Part shown: positions 62,311 through 64,000 of the stretch, one piece after another
How positions within the stretch are numbered: position 1 is the first letter of the stretch
How the letters are laid out: each line of letters starts with the position of its first letter
Assembly: GCF_963921235.1 (NCBI RefSeq)
Contig: NC_086097.1
Location: 195,240,001 to 195,304,000 of the forward strand
Direction of reading: 5' to 3'
Origin: Mobula hypostoma
Lineage: Eukaryota
Length of the DNA stretch: 64,000 nt
Position numbers and translations under genes: made by a program
Notes under the pieces: generated by a model
The model's database searches: none
What the model saw: only the letters and a program-made list of their open reading frames with translations
Told to the model about the DNA's origin: nothing

Positions 62311-63140
62311 GACTGTTTGGGGCCCCAAATGGTAGTGAGGGAGGAGGTGTAGGGGCAGATGTAGCACTTGTTCCAATTGCAAGGATAAGTGCCAGGAAGT
62401 AGATCAGTGGGGTGGGACAAATGGACAAGGAAGTTGAGTAAGGAGTGATCCCTGCGGAAAGCAGCAAGTGGGGGGTTGGGGAGTGTGTGGAAGATCCATC
62501 GCATACTAACACAAAATAAAATTAGCACAAGCCCATGAGTGGAAAGGCGTAAAAATAGACTGGTTAACATAAAGTATGAGGTATATGTTTATATAAGACA
62601 GTATAATGCTACTGCTACAATTATAATAAAATTAACACTAGTATAAATATGTGAAACAGTAGCAATAAAATATGAAATGTGACCACTGCAGGGTGAGAGC
62701 TGGGGTCTGGGATGGAGAGGGGTGGGGGGGTGAGGGGCGGGGCCTTCAGACGGGGTGTACATATGTGACTGTAAGTAGGTTTTTCATTGCACCTGTGCAT
62801 ATGGCAATGAACTCAACCTCAAACTCCGGTCCCCCCTCTGTTCTTGTTGCTTATACTACTGCTATTGATTCAATTCTTTTTTCACTCCGCTAAGTCTGCT
62901 TCTCTCAGAGACAACTCGCTGTCTATAACCTTGACTCTGAGCATGTGTGCTCTATTTTGAACATATGGAATGAGATGCCAGTCAGTGTAAGTCATGGAGG
63001 CAGGTACAACAGTGTCATTTAAGAAGCACTTGGATAGACACATAAAGGGATTTGGACTGAAGGCAGACTGGCTGAGTGGGGGCTATGGTCAGCATGAACT
63101 GGCTGGGTAGGTGCCATGGTCAGCATGAACTGGCTGGGCT

Positions 63141-64000
63141 CCTGGACCTGACGGAATGCACCCTCGGGTGTTGAAGGAAGTAGCTCGAGATATTGTGGAT
63201 CAATAGATTCTGGCTTTGTACTGGATGACTGGAAAATTGCAAATATTACTCCGCTATTTAAGAAGGGTGGGAGGCAGCAGAAAGGAAACTATAGATTTAT
63301 GGGAAATTGTTGGAATCGATTGTTAGGGTTGGAATTACGGAGTACCTGGAGGCACATGACAAGATAGGCCAAAGCCAGCATGGTTTCTTGAAAGGAAAAT
63401 CCTGCCTGCCAAACCTACTGCAATTCTTTGAGGAAATTACAAGCAGGGTAAACAAAGGAGATGCAGTAGACCTGGTGTACTTGGATTTTCAGAAGGCCTT
63501 TGACAAGGTGCCACACATGAGGCTACTTAGCCAGATAAGAGCCCATGGAATTACAGGGAAGTTACTAGCATGGATGGAGCATTGATTGGCAGAACACAGA
63601 GAGTGGGAATAAAGGGATCCTATTCTGACTGGCTGCTGGTTACCAGTGGAGTTCCACAGGGGTCAGTGTTGGGATGACTGCTTTTTACGATGTATGTCAG
63701 TGATTTGGACGATGGGATTAATGGGTTTGTGGCTAAATTTGCCAATGATACAAAAATATTTGGAGGAATGGGTAGTGTTGAGTAAACAGAGAGCCTGCAG
63801 GGAAACTTAGATAGTTTAGGGGAATCGGCAAAGAAGTGGCACAAGGAAATACAATTTTGGAAAGTGTATGGTTATGCACTTTGGTGGAAGAACTAAATGG
63901 GCAGACTATTATTTAGATGGGGAGAGAATTCAAAATGCAGAGATGCAAAGGGACTTGGGAGTCCTTGTGCAAGATACCCTAAAGGTTAACCTCCAGGTTG
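63141..64000 (+). mobile_element. CR1 RT fragment running off the window end
   Basis: ORF 63307..63585 reads SQHGFLKGKSC..YLDFQKAFDKVPH. Confidence 0.88.

Overview
This is repeat-dense vertebrate genomic DNA. The mix of CR1 LINEs, Penelope-like elements and Rex1/Babar elements suggests a cartilaginous fish (inference only). Most of the window is nested transposons: many CR1 LINE copies, Penelope-like elements (PLEs) with GIY-YIG domains and minimal hammerhead ribozyme motifs, Rex1/Babar, RTE and HERO-like non-LTR fragments, two decayed Ty3/Gypsy elements, and hAT, Tc1 and MITE DNA transposons. One CR1 copy is young, with an SGNH-esterase ORF1 remnant and an uninterrupted ~1010-codon endonuclease/RT ORF2. 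Three candidate minus-strand host exons sit in repeat-poor islands; I could not identify the gene. The most notable observation is at the CR1 ORF1/ORF2 junction. In two different CR1 families ORF1 ends in T-TTA-AAC-TAG, a canonical -1 ribosomal frameshift heptamer in the correct phase. ORF2 lies in the -1 frame and has no AUG ahead of its endonuclease domain, which suggests a gag-pol-style ORF1-ORF2 fusion in a LINE. Boundaries of old repeats are approximate. Family names come from recognised motifs, not database searches.
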